A stretch of DNA of 64,000 nt from assembly GCA_020279385.1 (NCBI GenBank), contig GCA_020279385.1_4762.2; one strand, written 5' to 3'. Positions 1 through 10,270 of this stretch are shown piece after piece. The translations under genes and the position numbers were made by a program. This DNA is from a phage. How positions within the stretch are numbered: position 1 is the first letter of the stretch; every line of letters begins with the position of its first letter. Below the pieces are notes generated by a model that saw nothing but the letters and a program-made list of their open reading frames with translations, made no database searches and was not told where the DNA came from.

Positions 1-564
1 TTTAAACCATCCAGACTCTGTACCAAAGTTAATGGTTTTTTGGAACATCCGATCTACTTCTTGTTTGCTGTACACATTCAATTCTGACGGACTAGGCTTA
101 TCACCTTCGTGATACATGCGATATGAATATGCCAATGCACCATCAGCGTTATAACCATAGGTTTTTACAGTCGGAACAACGTTAGAACCATAAGTAAAAT
201 CCAACCCACGAGCATGATTTATACCGCTAGGATGGGGAATATGCAAAGCCAATGCTAGATGACCATCCATATCATTAGTACGAAATGCCCCAAATTTATC
301 AAGATTTCGTGCGGTCGGGTCATCGAAATAGTTTGCGGTATTACTCCACATAAGGTCATCTGCAACCACACGACCTTTTACATTAACGCTCTTGTCATAA
401 ACTGGAGGGCAACTTAAATTAACAATTTGCCCACCATCATTTTTTGTAAGCAGATATTGGTCTGCTAAGTTAATTGCCAACTCTCCCGGATTCATCGTAC
501 CAGCATCCGGTTTACGTCCGGCGGTGCTAGTGCGTTTAAACTGGATTCTGTTTAAATCTGCCAT
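1..564 (-). CDS. 37: Long tail fibre distal subunit gp37, N-terminal 188 codons (partial; continues past window start)
   Basis: Minus-strand ATG at 564..562; translation MADLNRIQFKRTSTAGRKPDAGTMNPGELAINL... resembles T4 gp37 N-terminus as recalled; no stop before position 1; absent from ORF track because truncated. Confidence 0.8.
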   Translation of the reverse strand, partial: MADLNRIQFKRTSTAGRKPDAGTMNPGELAINLADQYLLTKNDGGQIVNLSCPPVYDKSVNVKGRVVADDLMWSNTANYFDDPTARNLDKFGAFRTNDMDGHLALALHIPHPSGINHARGLDFTYGSNVVPTVKTYGYNADGALAYSYRMYHEGDKPSPSELNVYSKQEVDRMFQKTINFGTESGWFK

Positions 565-605
565 TTTATAAAATCCTTAAACGGTTATTAGAATAATATT
601 ATTTA

Positions 606-630
606 GAAAAGCGGGGAGAATCCCCGCTAA
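606..630 (-). terminator. Rho-independent terminator after gene 36
   Basis: Minus-strand GCGGGGATTCTCCCCGC hairpin followed by TTTTCT. Confidence 0.5.
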
Positions 631-632
631 TA

Positions 633-2123
633 TTAGAAAGTACCAAAATCAATTACCGCATTGAGCGGAACCGCGCCAACCTCGCCAGGAGTTGGTTTAT
701 GTCCTTCGTGGTATAATTCAAAGGTATCGGTGTCCTGAGTATTGTCACGAGATTTAACGAAAATAATTTTAGAATCATGTGTGATTCCTAGTTTCTCGTG
801 CGCTTTAATATCACTAACACGATGAATCATTGCTGTACCATTTAAGCTATTAAGTCCAGCATAGCAATTATCACCATTATAGTTAGATTCTGCGGTATGA
901 ACGCCGTTCGCAGCAGGAACCGTCAAAGCGCCAGTCATGGTATCGCCAGTCACATTAACATAGCGAATATCAGCCAATTTACGGTGATCTACATAGTTCC
1001 ATGCAGTCCATGATTCATTAGAACACGAACGCCAGCACATCGGATGGTCAATAGATTCAGGATAATAAACCTGAACAATTCGACGAGTACCGACCGCATC
1101 TTCTGGGCGATATACCATCAAAACGCCGTTATAATAGCTATCAGACGGTTTATTAGTACCTGACCCAGCATTTTCCACACGATAGATACCGCGATTAATA
1201 AGAGTGTTCCAATCAACGTTTCCAATGATGGTTGGATTTGCTACCATTGATTTTTTCTCAAAGTAGCTCAAACGAACCAATTCATTAGGACCAGCCGGAT
1301 CGTTTGTCGCCAACATTCTAGGCGCTTGTAAGTTACCTTCCATAATATCACCAGCACGTTTAACCTGTGCATCATTGGTGACATTGCCTAGTCCAACATC
1401 GGCTTTAGTTGGTTTATTGTTGGTGTGATAAAAACTACCTTCTTTGCCATTAACAAAAATGGTAGGCTCATCTTTACTTCGGAAGACCAACGTGTCAAGA
1501 ACGTTACCATAATAGATCTTAGTCGCATCAAAATTAATTAAATCACGTTCCCTTGCAATTAATTTCGAATCAACCGATAGTTTAACAGTGACAGTGTTTA
1601 AATTATATGTTCCTGTGAGGGTATCACCGCGACGAGACACCAAATCTAAATCATTATTCGTTGGTTTATTAACAGGGCTATAGACGCGTTGACCAGTGTC
1701 TTTAATGGTTGTCCCTTCGATGGTCCCTTTAGTTTTAAAATCACCTGTGGTAGTGTCAATATAAGCCATGATAACATCATCACGAGCATTAACAAAACCA
1801 ATAGATTTCCACGAATGCAACCCCCAACTTACACCGTCAAAGTTAGCCGCATCACTATTGCCTTTAAAGATCCCGTTCTTTTTGGTTTCTCCACCGGATG
1901 CGCTACCTACGCTTAAACCTTCCTCAAAATGGACCAGTTTCTGAAATGTACCCCCTTCGGATGCACTAACAGCATCAAAATCGGCAGCCGAAGGTTTATC
2001 AAAAGCGGTATAGATTTTATGACCTTTGTAGAAAAGCTGATCACCCGCTGGCTGGATCGTCAAGTTTCCTTGCGTCCAAATGGGAGATCCGCCTACAGTA
2101 GATCCATGTTTCAAATCTGCCAT
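633..2123 (-). CDS. 36: Long tail fibre distal-half connector gp36 (enlarged, 496 aa)
   Basis: N-terminus MADLKHGSTVGGSPIWTQGN...FYKGHKIY matches T4 gp36 as recalled (MADLKVGSTTGGSVIWHQGN...LYKSFKIY); synteny between 35 and 37. Confidence 0.85.
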   Translation of the reverse strand: MADLKHGSTVGGSPIWTQGNLTIQPAGDQLFYKGHKIYTAFDKPSAADFDAVSASEGGTFQKLVHFEEGLSVGSASGGETKKNGIFKGNSDAANFDGVSWGLHSWKSIGFVNARDDVIMAYIDTTTGDFKTKGTIEGTTIKDTGQRVYSPVNKPTNNDLDLVSRRGDTLTGTYNLNTVTVKLSVDSKLIARERDLINFDATKIYYGNVLDTLVFRSKDEPTIFVNGKEGSFYHTNNKPTKADVGLGNVTNDAQVKRAGDIMEGNLQAPRMLATNDPAGPNELVRLSYFEKKSMVANPTIIGNVDWNTLINRGIYRVENAGSGTNKPSDSYYNGVLMVYRPEDAVGTRRIVQVYYPESIDHPMCWRSCSNESWTAWNYVDHRKLADIRYVNVTGDTMTGALTVPAANGVHTAESNYNGDNCYAGLNSLNGTAMIHRVSDIKAHEKLGITHDSKIIFVKSRDNTQDTDTFELYHEGHKPTPGEVGAVPLNAVIDFGTF

Positions 2124-2156
2124 AAAGTAACCTCAAAAATTAGTTATAGTTCCGAG

Positions 2157-2164
2157 TATTTATA
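2157..2164 (-). promoter_or_regulatory. T4-type late promoter (TATAAATA) for gene 36
   Basis: Exact TATAAATA on minus strand 34 nt upstream of the gp36 start. Confidence 0.5.
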
Positions 2165-2282
2165 GAATGTTAACAAAATATCGCTTCGCGACGTGCCGTA
2201 GGCACTGACTACTTTTTAACCGAAACAAATTTTTTATTATTCTAAAGATCTTTCTTCGTTTTGGTTATGTTTTAACCAACTG

Positions 2283-2314
2283 TATAAAAATAAAGCCGAC
2301 CACGAGGATCGGCG
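2283..2314 (-). terminator. Rho-independent terminator after gene 35
   Basis: Minus-strand hairpin GCCGATCCTCGTGGTCGGC followed by TTTATTTTTA. Confidence 0.45.
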
Positions 2315-2325
2315 TGTTAAAAATG

Positions 2326-3465
2326 TTAATCAACATCGAACTCTTTAAAGTTGTTGGATGTGACATGTTTATTGTCTCTAGGTAGTTTAAGAAGACTCAT
2401 AACAGGGTTAGTAAAATCACCGTTATCCTGAATATGAGTTGTTCTAACACCATTAACACCAAAGGAAGTAGGACCAGTAGTTTTGACGACTCCACTGATC
2501 GGCGTTATTAGTATGTTTCTAATTTTAACAATACCTTCGTTGGAGTTGGTTGGATATCTGATACAACCAGTTACTACACTATCAACTCCTTCCGGTACGG
2601 TATAGACGGCTTCAAACTTTTCCCATTGATCTTTCTGGCTGGCATTATAACGAACGCCAGTTTTATATTGTCCATCGGTGAAGTAGTTGTGATAGAAACG
2701 CGCTGTTACGTTGGCTGCGGCTGCGGCACTATCACGGAACAATTCAAAGGATATTGATAGTTTGTCACCTGCCTTTATGTTAAAATATTCAAGTGGTGCG
2801 CTGATCTCATCATGAGGCCATTGTATTAGCTCGAAATGTTCGGCATCTTCGCTAACATATTCAACCGGATAATCTAAAAATCGTTGTGGTGTTCCTGTTA
2901 TAGCAAGATCATCTATAGTATCATAGACTTTCTCAATTTGTATAGATGAATCTTGTCCTTCCCCGTGGGTCGCTTGCATCCCTTCGCACACAATTTTACC
3001 CATTTTAGTAGAATAAATTGCTGCATAGGATACACGAGGCATTTGCTGTAACAAAATATGATTCGGGAATGATACAGATCCCATCTTAGAAAACACATCA
3101 TCGCTTATCGGATCTGCAAACAATTCTCCATGCGTTGCCATCGCAATGATATAGTCACCTTTCAGCAAAGAAAGATAATCACGCATTGCCAAAACAGCAC
3201 CGCGACCATAGAATACCTTTTCTTCGTGTAGTTGTCCAGTTGGAGTAAGAACTTTAAAATTTAGGCCATTTTCATAGCCAGTGCCAACGATCTCCACTCC
3301 ATTAAATCTAATTCTTGCTGGTTTGGTAGAATCCGCATTAGATCCGCGCACTTCCAGCTTATACATCACAGAGTTATTTTCTGAAATGCTGGTAAATGTC
3401 GCAGAGTCTTCGTCGAAATGCGCAAACCTAATTCCAGTGTTGCGTAATTCTATCTCTTGTGTCAT
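2326..3465 (-). CDS. 35: Long tail fibre hinge protein gp35
   Basis: 379 aa ORF between gp34 and gp36; size and position match T4 gp35 (372 aa). Confidence 0.65.
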   Translation of the reverse strand: MTQEIELRNTGIRFAHFDEDSATFTSISENNSVMYKLEVRGSNADSTKPARIRFNGVEIVGTGYENGLNFKVLTPTGQLHEEKVFYGRGAVLAMRDYLSLLKGDYIIAMATHGELFADPISDDVFSKMGSVSFPNHILLQQMPRVSYAAIYSTKMGKIVCEGMQATHGEGQDSSIQIEKVYDTIDDLAITGTPQRFLDYPVEYVSEDAEHFELIQWPHDEISAPLEYFNIKAGDKLSISFELFRDSAAAAANVTARFYHNYFTDGQYKTGVRYNASQKDQWEKFEAVYTVPEGVDSVVTGCIRYPTNSNEGIVKIRNILITPISGVVKTTGPTSFGVNGVRTTHIQDNGDFTNPVMSLLKLPRDNKHVTSNNFKEFDVD

Positions 3466-3498
3466 AATAACCCCATAGGGGGCTTTCGCCCCCTTTAA

Positions 3499-6400
3499 TT
3501 AGTCTTCCCAGATAAAATCTACGGTACGAGTCAAATTATTGGCAATAATTTTAACATTACCAACCTTGATCCAATCACGAACCGTCATAGAGTTCATCAA
3601 ACCACCTTCGGCAACCACTGCCCCGATTTCCTGAGCGGTAGGCTTGTTCTGTTTGGTGTAAATTTCGCCCCATGCGGTCCATTGACCATCTGTACCAGAA
3701 CGGATATAATGCTTATGAGTACCATCAGGCGACCAGATTTGGGTAAGGCCGTTTTCGTCAGTACCCCATTGCATCAATGTACCATTTTTCTTTTCTGGGT
3801 AGGTTTCTTTGATGTTTTGGGTAGTTACTCGCATGTTCCAGAAGCCAATGTTACCAATTGCTGGCGCAGTAGTAGCGATCGCTTCATGCTTAACGGATAC
3901 AATAGACGCATTATCCATAATCAATTTACCAGTCATTGTATCACCAGCATTCTTAACAAACTGACGATTAAGAACTTCGTCTGCGTTTCCTGCGTGGACG
4001 ATCTGATATTTCTGTCCGGCAATCTCTGTAGTAAGCGTCTGATAACCTGCTTTGATGTTAACACTTCCACCGTGACCGATATTCAGCATACCATCTGGGG
4101 AACGAGTCATTGCCGGATTAGACTGGTCAACAATGTATAAACCGCCTTGTTTCGCATACAGGTTACGACCTGCAATAAAGTCTCTATATGCTGTCGCGTC
4201 GCCATTGTGTTCCATAGCAAAGGCGTAATGCTCGACTAATCCACCATCATTGATTTTACCGAAAGCGATAGCATTACTATCAACAACTTGAGATGTTCCA
4301 GTGCCACCAACGATAATAGACCATGAGTTTTCCATACCTTCCGATGCGGTTGCGCCATGCAGAGTAATTCCGGTGTGACCGTCAACTCCACGCTCACCCA
4401 ACACCAGATGACCATTACTCGGATCATCAGTCGAGTTCTTAGTCACAAACAGAGTTTCAAAGGAACCTGATTTTAAGCACTCTAAATCGCCCTTCACGTT
4501 AACGTTTTTATTAAACGTGTAATTGCTCTCAATGGTCTGGTCAATGTCTCTACGCGCCCATTTAGCGGCCTCTACGTCACCCAATTTCAAACTATTCTGA
4601 GCGGTTGCCATCTTAGGTAAGAAATTAGCAAGTGCGTAGTTTAATCCTTTAGGGGTAACAGCAATTCCGTCATGCTGGTAGTTTCCTAGTTCTTGAGTAG
4701 AACCTTGCAGATTGTCACCAACAAAACAGTTTTCCTGAGTAGCAACTTTCAAGAAACCACGACGAGCTTCGGTTGCTTTCCATGTATCCTCTGTCTGAAC
4801 AACATATTTGAAGTTCTTCGGAGAAATTGCTACATTAGCCAGTGTACCAGCCACGGTTTCGGCTTGAGTACCAACTCGGATAATACCTTCTTTACCTTCG
4901 GTGGCCTTTTTGCCTTGCAGCTTTTTAGGAGTAATGATCGTAGCGTCATCTTCTCCTGCGTCTGTAAGCTGAGTAGTTGCAACTTTAGCGACACCTTTTG
5001 TATCTTCGGTTGCATCAAGACCGCTGATCATGATACCCTGCCACAAGTCACCAGTAAGGTTAAGCCCCTGAGTCGGGTCTACTTTCAAACGCTGCGCATT
5101 CTCAAAGAAGGTTTTAATCTTCAATGGGGTAGAAATGCGAGCATCGTCAAGACCTGCGTCAAATTCCGGTTGAGTTGCAATTTCTGCTAAACCATGTAAA
5201 GTTTCCGTTGCGCGGCGAGTATGCAGCTTTTTAGGCGTGATGATATGGTTATCACTTTGACCTAAGTTTGTTTCTTCCTGAGTTGCAATTTCAGCGATAC
5301 CAGTGCGCGATTCGGTAGCAGTACGTTTCGTTAGCGTGCGAGTCGTGATTAGTAAAGCATCTTGCGGGGTTGATTCTGTAGCCCCTTGCACTTCCGCGTC
5401 AGTTGCCAGATAACCAACACCACGGGAAGTTTCGGTCGCCTTGACTTCGTTGATGTTTTGTGGCGTAACAATTTTAACATGGTCGTTGATGTTATAGATC
5501 CCTGTACCAGCTTCACCACGTCTAGCGGCAGCACTACCGCCAGCCTGAACAATTTCAGCAATACCAGCGAGATCTTCGGAAGCGCGACGTTCTTCTAATT
5601 TCTTAGGAGTAATAGCGCGGGTATCGTCTAAACCTTCATTGGTTTCTTGCTGGGTTGCAATTTCCATCACGCCACGACGGGCTTCGGTAGCAACACAATC
5701 ATTTAACTTTTTAGGCGTAACGATAACATCATCCAGGAAGCTGGAACCAGTATCTTGATGCGTTTCCGCTTGAGTTGCAATGCGAGCAATACCGCGTCGA
5801 GTTTCGTTGGCTGTTTTGTTAGCCAGAACCTTTGGAGTCACCGCAACTTCGTCGCTAGGATTATCTTCATGGTTTTTGTTTGTTTCATCCTGGGTAGCCA
5901 GTGCAATTACACCAACACGATCTTTACGAGTCGGATCTACTCGTTCTACAATCGGGTGAGCATGTGCCACCAACCAGTATTTCTTACCATCATCACCTTC
6001 TGAATAAGAGAACTCCAGATAAGGTACATAATCATTTGCAGCGTTGAAAGACAATTCAGACACTCCCGTCCATGTATCGGTCCCATTGAATGGGTACTCG
6101 CTACGCTTAGGAAACTGAACCATGTTTTTCTGAATAAGGATTTTTGTATCCTCTGTGGCGGTGATAATACGGCAATTCTGGTTTCCGTGCATATACTGCA
6201 TAGAAACTTGAATACGATCACCCGGCTCGACATTGGTTGGTAAAGTCAAGGTAACATCACGTTCACCAAATACTGCAACATAGCTATTAGGGGATAAGCG
6301 AGTATCACTAATGATAGGATTCAAGCGAACAGACTGATCACCATCCCACAAACGCCATAAGTTTTCCGGTTTGTCAAATATGAATACACCATGACCGCTA

Positions 6401-7239
6401 CGCTTACCAACAATTTCTTTTACCCCGAAAGTACCGATCGATTGTTCTTGTGCACCTTCATGCACTTTTACCGTAACATGGTTGGTTGCAGTCAATCCGT
6501 CAAGATCGGTAGTCTGGATCATATCACCGTTATTAGCAAACTTAGGAAGCATCAAAACAATGTTACCCAAAGAACTACGGCGGAATACCTGATCACCGTT
6601 TTGCATCTGGATCGGGTCGATAGATGGTTGTGCATATACCCCGCGTGGCTCCGTTCCCGTCTGGTAAACGTGCCAGCGATTGCGAACAAAAATGAAGTAG
6701 TTCATTGCATAAGGGGTAGTACAGTACCATTTGCGGTTGTTTACCACACCGTTATGATAGAACTCATGACCAGCCGCAAGGAACGATAACTCATTAACAC
6801 CGCACTTGCCACCGATATCTTTTACTGTTATAGTGTCGCCCTCTGCCGGATTAGTAGGCATTGAGAATGTCAAGTTTGCAAACTGACAGTCCGCTGCGAT
6901 ATAGTCACCGGACTTTAAAGGAGTATCGCCGGAAGTTGCTGCAACATAATCCCAACGTGGGTCCGTGCGCAGTGCTTGCCATTTAGTCGGGTCAAAGTCA
7001 CCTGCTGGTTTTGCGATATCTTCTTTTGCATAATACGGACGGTTTTGATAGATTGTAGTGCCGTATTGATCATAACCGCGAGTTGTGTCATACTGAGTAA
7101 TACCATTATGGTAATTGAAAAATTCAACGTTGACCGCATCGGTGTTGACATTCTTATCAGCCAATGCTACATTGACGACCTTTTCATTACCAGCGTCAAA
7201 GCCAAATGTGGCCTTGAAATGTTGAGAAAAATCTGCCAT
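3499..7239 (-). CDS. 34: Long tail fibre proximal subunit gp34
   Basis: 1246 aa; N-terminus (...VVNVALADKNVNTDAVNV...YDTTRGY) and C-terminus (IRDWIKVGNVKII...VDFIWED) match T4 gp34 as recalled. Confidence 0.93.
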   Translation of the reverse strand: MADFSQHFKATFGFDAGNEKVVNVALADKNVNTDAVNVEFFNYHNGITQYDTTRGYDQYGTTIYQNRPYYAKEDIAKPAGDFDPTKWQALRTDPRWDYVAATSGDTPLKSGDYIAADCQFANLTFSMPTNPAEGDTITVKDIGGKCGVNELSFLAAGHEFYHNGVVNNRKWYCTTPYAMNYFIFVRNRWHVYQTGTEPRGVYAQPSIDPIQMQNGDQVFRRSSLGNIVLMLPKFANNGDMIQTTDLDGLTATNHVTVKVHEGAQEQSIGTFGVKEIVGKRSGHGVFIFDKPENLWRLWDGDQSVRLNPIISDTRLSPNSYVAVFGERDVTLTLPTNVEPGDRIQVSMQYMHGNQNCRIITATEDTKILIQKNMVQFPKRSEYPFNGTDTWTGVSELSFNAANDYVPYLEFSYSEGDDGKKYWLVAHAHPIVERVDPTRKDRVGVIALATQDETNKNHEDNPSDEVAVTPKVLANKTANETRRGIARIATQAETHQDTGSSFLDDVIVTPKKLNDCVATEARRGVMEIATQQETNEGLDDTRAITPKKLEERRASEDLAGIAEIVQAGGSAAARRGEAGTGIYNINDHVKIVTPQNINEVKATETSRGVGYLATDAEVQGATESTPQDALLITTRTLTKRTATESRTGIAEIATQEETNLGQSDNHIITPKKLHTRRATETLHGLAEIATQPEFDAGLDDARISTPLKIKTFFENAQRLKVDPTQGLNLTGDLWQGIMISGLDATEDTKGVAKVATTQLTDAGEDDATIITPKKLQGKKATEGKEGIIRVGTQAETVAGTLANVAISPKNFKYVVQTEDTWKATEARRGFLKVATQENCFVGDNLQGSTQELGNYQHDGIAVTPKGLNYALANFLPKMATAQNSLKLGDVEAAKWARRDIDQTIESNYTFNKNVNVKGDLECLKSGSFETLFVTKNSTDDPSNGHLVLGERGVDGHTGITLHGATASEGMENSWSIIVGGTGTSQVVDSNAIAFGKINDGGLVEHYAFAMEHNGDATAYRDFIAGRNLYAKQGGLYIVDQSNPAMTRSPDGMLNIGHGGSVNIKAGYQTLTTEIAGQKYQIVHAGNADEVLNRQFVKNAGDTMTGKLIMDNASIVSVKHEAIATTAPAIGNIGFWNMRVTTQNIKETYPEKKNGTLMQWGTDENGLTQIWSPDGTHKHYIRSGTDGQWTAWGEIYTKQNKPTAQEIGAVVAEGGLMNSMTVRDWIKVGNVKIIANNLTRTVDFIWED

Positions 7240-7267
7240 TATTGGGTCTCCTTTTATAGTATGTTCA

Positions 7268-7275
7268 TATTTATA
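7268..7275 (-). promoter_or_regulatory. T4-type late promoter (TATAAATA) for gene 34
   Basis: Exact TATAAATA on minus strand 29 nt upstream of the gp34 ATG. Confidence 0.5.
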
Positions 7276-7313
7276 AAATAAGGCTTGATAGAAACAAAAG
7301 AGGATGATATATT

Positions 7314-7499
7314 ATGGTTAAATTTGATTTGTCAGAAGGTGCAAAATGGATAGTTGACAGAATACCTGATAAGGATTATAATTATTTTCGCGCAGAACTA
7401 AACAATGCAATTCTGCGAGTTATGGAGAAATACGGGTATGATCGTGAAGTATCTAGCTCGTTTGATGAGTCTGTTGTTGTGAGAGTGGAGAGAACTTAA
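7314..7499 (+). CDS. Hypothetical small protein (61 aa)
   Basis: ORF just upstream of rnh, separated from its ATG by 2 nt; no recognisable motif. Confidence 0.4.
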   Translation: MVKFDLSEGAKWIVDRIPDKDYNYFRAELNNAILRVMEKYGYDREVSSSFDESVVVRVERT

Positions 7500-7501
7500 T
7501 T

Positions 7502-8449
7502 ATGACGTATAACCCGTTTACAAAAACTACCGCTACACTTAATGATTTCTTCGATGCTCCAGAAGATAAACTGCCGGAAGGTGTGCATTTGATTGATATG
7601 TCGCAGCTTATGATTGCTACTATCTCGCATACCTTTAAACCGGAAGACCCTATTAGTGAAGGCATGATCCGTCATCTTATTCTTGACACCATGCGTTATA
7701 ATATGACAAAATTCAAAGAGCAATACCCAATTACGGTACTTGCCTTTGATTCAAGCAAAGGTTACTGGCGACGTGATATCGCCCCTTACTATAAACGCAA
7801 CCGTAAGGAAAAACGAGACGCAGATCCGCGTGATTGGGAGATGATCTTTGCTGCGATCAATAAGATCACCGAAGAGTTTAAAGAGAACATGCCTTATCAC
7901 GTTATTAAGGTTGACAAAGTTGAAGCGGATGATATAATCGCTGTGTTAACTAAAAAGTTTTCTGTAGAAGGTCGCCAGGTGCTAATCAACTCCGGCGATG
8001 GTGACTACACACAGTTGCACAAATACAAAAACGTGAAACAGTGGGCGCCAGTACAGAAAGCATGGAAGAAATGCAAATATGGTAGCCCTTACAAAGACCT
8101 TATGGTAAAATGTGTTAAGGGTGACGCAAAAGACGGTGTAGCTTCGATCAAGTGCCGTAGTGATTTCATTATCTCACGACTGGAAGGAGAACGAGCTAAA
8201 CCAATTGCAACCAAATGGTTAGAGCAAATTTTCGATGCCGAAGATCCAAAGTCTTTGATGACAGAGGAAGAAGCACGACGCTTTGACGAAAACCGCGAAC
8301 TTATTGATTTTGAATTTATTCCTGATAACATCGAATATGAAATTTTGTTAGCATGGGAAAAATCTAAACCAGCACCACGCGGTAAAATTTATAACTATTT
8401 TGTAACAAATGCGTTAGTTAAAATGTTGCAGAAAATTGGTGAGTTCTAA
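7502..8449 (+). CDS. rnh: RNase H (5'-3' exonuclease, FEN family)
   Basis: 315 aa; GYWRRDIAPYYKRNR, ADDIIAVL, GDGDYTQLHKY, IYNYFV blocks match T4 RNase H as recalled. Confidence 0.9.
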   Translation: MTYNPFTKTTATLNDFFDAPEDKLPEGVHLIDMSQLMIATISHTFKPEDPISEGMIRHLILDTMRYNMTKFKEQYPITVLAFDSSKGYWRRDIAPYYKRNRKEKRDADPRDWEMIFAAINKITEEFKENMPYHVIKVDKVEADDIIAVLTKKFSVEGRQVLINSGDGDYTQLHKYKNVKQWAPVQKAWKKCKYGSPYKDLMVKCVKGDAKDGVASIKCRSDFIISRLEGERAKPIATKWLEQIFDAEDPKSLMTEEEARRFDENRELIDFEFIPDNIEYEILLAWEKSKPAPRGKIYNYFVTNALVKMLQKIGEF

Positions 8450-8459
8450 GGGTTGACAT

Positions 8460-9056
8460 ATGAAAGAACTTGAATTAAAATACTATGCACACTCACAAAT
8501 TGGCGTCGAAACAATCTGTGATTTGTGGGTAGCAATGTATGACGGGTACAATATCGTAGATCATGCTAACACACTAAAACACGAATTTTATTATGATACC
8601 GAAGAACATGCACTGCGTCGAAAAGGAATTTATGCTCGACTTGACGTTAATAGATCATTGATCATGGTCAAAATAGGTGATGGTGAATCTGGACTATTCA
8701 ACCGAGAAGAAATTACTTTTTCAACAATGGATGATTTTTATCACTATGTTGATAGTCTAGGCGTAAACTCCGACCTTATCGTTCCTTTATTGCAAGTAAT
8801 GACATACCGCAAGTCATTGACACTTGACCTTGAGGGTGCTATAGTGGAAATGTGCAAAGACACTTTATATTATTGCAAAGTCGGTGAAGGGATGGGCGAT
8901 GCTCACTATGAACTTGAGTTCGAGTTAAAATCAGGTGACGAAAAAGCACTTGACATTATCCGAGAAATGATGCTAAAATATGTTGGTGACGATTTACGTC
9001 CTAGCGAAATCTCAAAAGCTGAACGTGGTTTTCAATTAATGACTAAAGAGGGTTAA
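8460..9056 (+). CDS. CYTH-like protein (class IV adenylyl cyclase / triphosphate tunnel metalloenzyme-like)
   Basis: 198 aa; N-terminal ExExK (MKELELKYY) and C-terminal acidic YELEFELK patch typical of CYTH domains; not present between rnh and dsbA in T4 as far as I recall. Confidence 0.5.
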   Translation: MKELELKYYAHSQIGVETICDLWVAMYDGYNIVDHANTLKHEFYYDTEEHALRRKGIYARLDVNRSLIMVKIGDGESGLFNREEITFSTMDDFYHYVDSLGVNSDLIVPLLQVMTYRKSLTLDLEGAIVEMCKDTLYYCKVGEGMGDAHYELEFELKSGDEKALDIIREMMLKYVGDDLRPSEISKAERGFQLMTKEG

Positions 9057-9060
9057 TATT

Positions 9061-9336
9061 ATGACTGAACAGAAAAAAGAAAAAGTAGTATTTGATGAAG
9101 CAGTACACGGAAATACCCTGGCACAACTGATTAAAGAAGCCAGCGATCAGAAAACCATTCAAGAAGCATATGGCGATAAGATCAAAGAGATCAAACAGCG
9201 TGCTAAAGAAGAATTAGGCGTAGATGGTAAAATGTGGGGCATTCTGTTTAAACTGTATCACCAGCAACAGCGCGAAACCTTCGAAGCAGAACGCGACGAA
9301 GCGGTAGAACTCTATGATCGGGTGTTCAATGCTTAA
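9061..9336 (+). CDS. dsbA: dsDNA-binding late-transcription protein DsbA
   Basis: 91 aa, lysine/glutamate-rich; size and position (rnh-dsbA-33) as in T4. Confidence 0.7.
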   Translation: MTEQKKEKVVFDEAVHGNTLAQLIKEASDQKTIQEAYGDKIKEIKQRAKEELGVDGKMWGILFKLYHQQQRETFEAERDEAVELYDRVFNA

Positions 9337-9583
9337 TGAACATGCGGTAAAAGCCGCAAACAAAACAGCAAACGGTCTTGCAATCGAAAAACTGGTTGTT
9401 GAAGAGGGATTGACTTATCTTGAAGCGACAACGCAGTTTGTAGAGGAAAACTCTATCGAATATGGTCACTATCAGAAGTATATTCCGGTGTCCATTATTG
9501 ACAAGATCACACAAGAATGTATAGTAAATAGAACGCTCAGGAAGGGAGTGATCGACGAACCGACCAACACTCTCGATATTTAA
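9314..9583 (+). CDS. 33: Late transcription co-activator gp33
   Basis: LTYLEATTQFVEENSI and C-terminal TNTLDI match T4 gp33 as recalled; start could be 9314 or 9329. Confidence 0.75.
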   Translation: MIGCSMLNEHAVKAANKTANGLAIEKLVVEEGLTYLEATTQFVEENSIEYGHYQKYIPVSIIDKITQECIVNRTLRKGVIDEPTNTLDI

Positions 9584-9592
9584 GGGGTATGT

Positions 9593-10270
9593 ATGATCAG
9601 AAACCGTCTTCCTCCAGATCCAGATATGCGAATTAATGCTAAATCTGTGTATATGTTATATTGCATGATGAAAGCTCATATGAACGGGCGTTATGATTGC
9701 GTAAAATATAATTGGAGGATGCGGTTGTCTGATGCCGCATTCAATAAACGCAGAGATAAGTATTATTTCGCAAAATTAGCGGAAAAGTACAATCTAAGAG
9801 AATTATACTTCTTATTCCTAAGCAATCTGGTAGCCAATACCGATGCATGGGTAGGTGAAATCACCGATGTTGACGCATACGGCTTTTATATGGAATACAT
9901 AGGAAAGATAACTGATGCAGCAACACGATTTGACGATGACATTAAAAGTCTGGTATACTTCTCAGAGAAACGCGGGGTTACTCTTAAAGAGCTAATTACA
10001 TACAATCCCGCAACCGAAACTAGCGGTATCTTTAAACTACTGCAAAATCGGATTATATCGTTTGAGTCGTTTATGTTGTTAGATAGCTTTCTAAATATAA
10101 TCGACGAACACGATAAGGTAGCCAAAGACTTGATTTGGCAAACTTATAGTGTTAAAATGAAGGCGTACAAGAAACTACTTGTTATTGACGCCGCAAAAGC
10201 AAGAGCATTATTTGTTAAAGTAGTTAAAGAGTGTAAAGAAATATCGAGGTTAAAAGGTGAAAACATATGA
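9593..10270 (+). CDS. 59: gp59 helicase loader
   Basis: 225 aa; KSVYMLYCMMKAHMNGRYDCVKYNWRMRLSDAAFNKRRDKYYF... closely matches T4 gp59 as recalled. Confidence 0.9.
   Translation: MIRNRLPPDPDMRINAKSVYMLYCMMKAHMNGRYDCVKYNWRMRLSDAAFNKRRDKYYFAKLAEKYNLRELYFLFLSNLVANTDAWVGEITDVDAYGFYMEYIGKITDAATRFDDDIKSLVYFSEKRGVTLKELITYNPATETSGIFKLLQNRIISFESFMLLDSFLNIIDEHDKVAKDLIWQTYSVKMKAYKKLLVIDAAKARALFVKVVKECKEISRLKGENI

Noticed and set aside
3682-6789. Several plus-strand ORFs of 95-165 aa
   Set aside because: All lie inside and antisense to gene 34 (long tail fibre), whose frame is continuous and conserved
9314-9336. Alternative start for gene 33 and the 23-nt overlap with dsbA
   Set aside because: Cannot decide between ATG 9314 and ATG 9329 from sequence alone; kept the longer ORF
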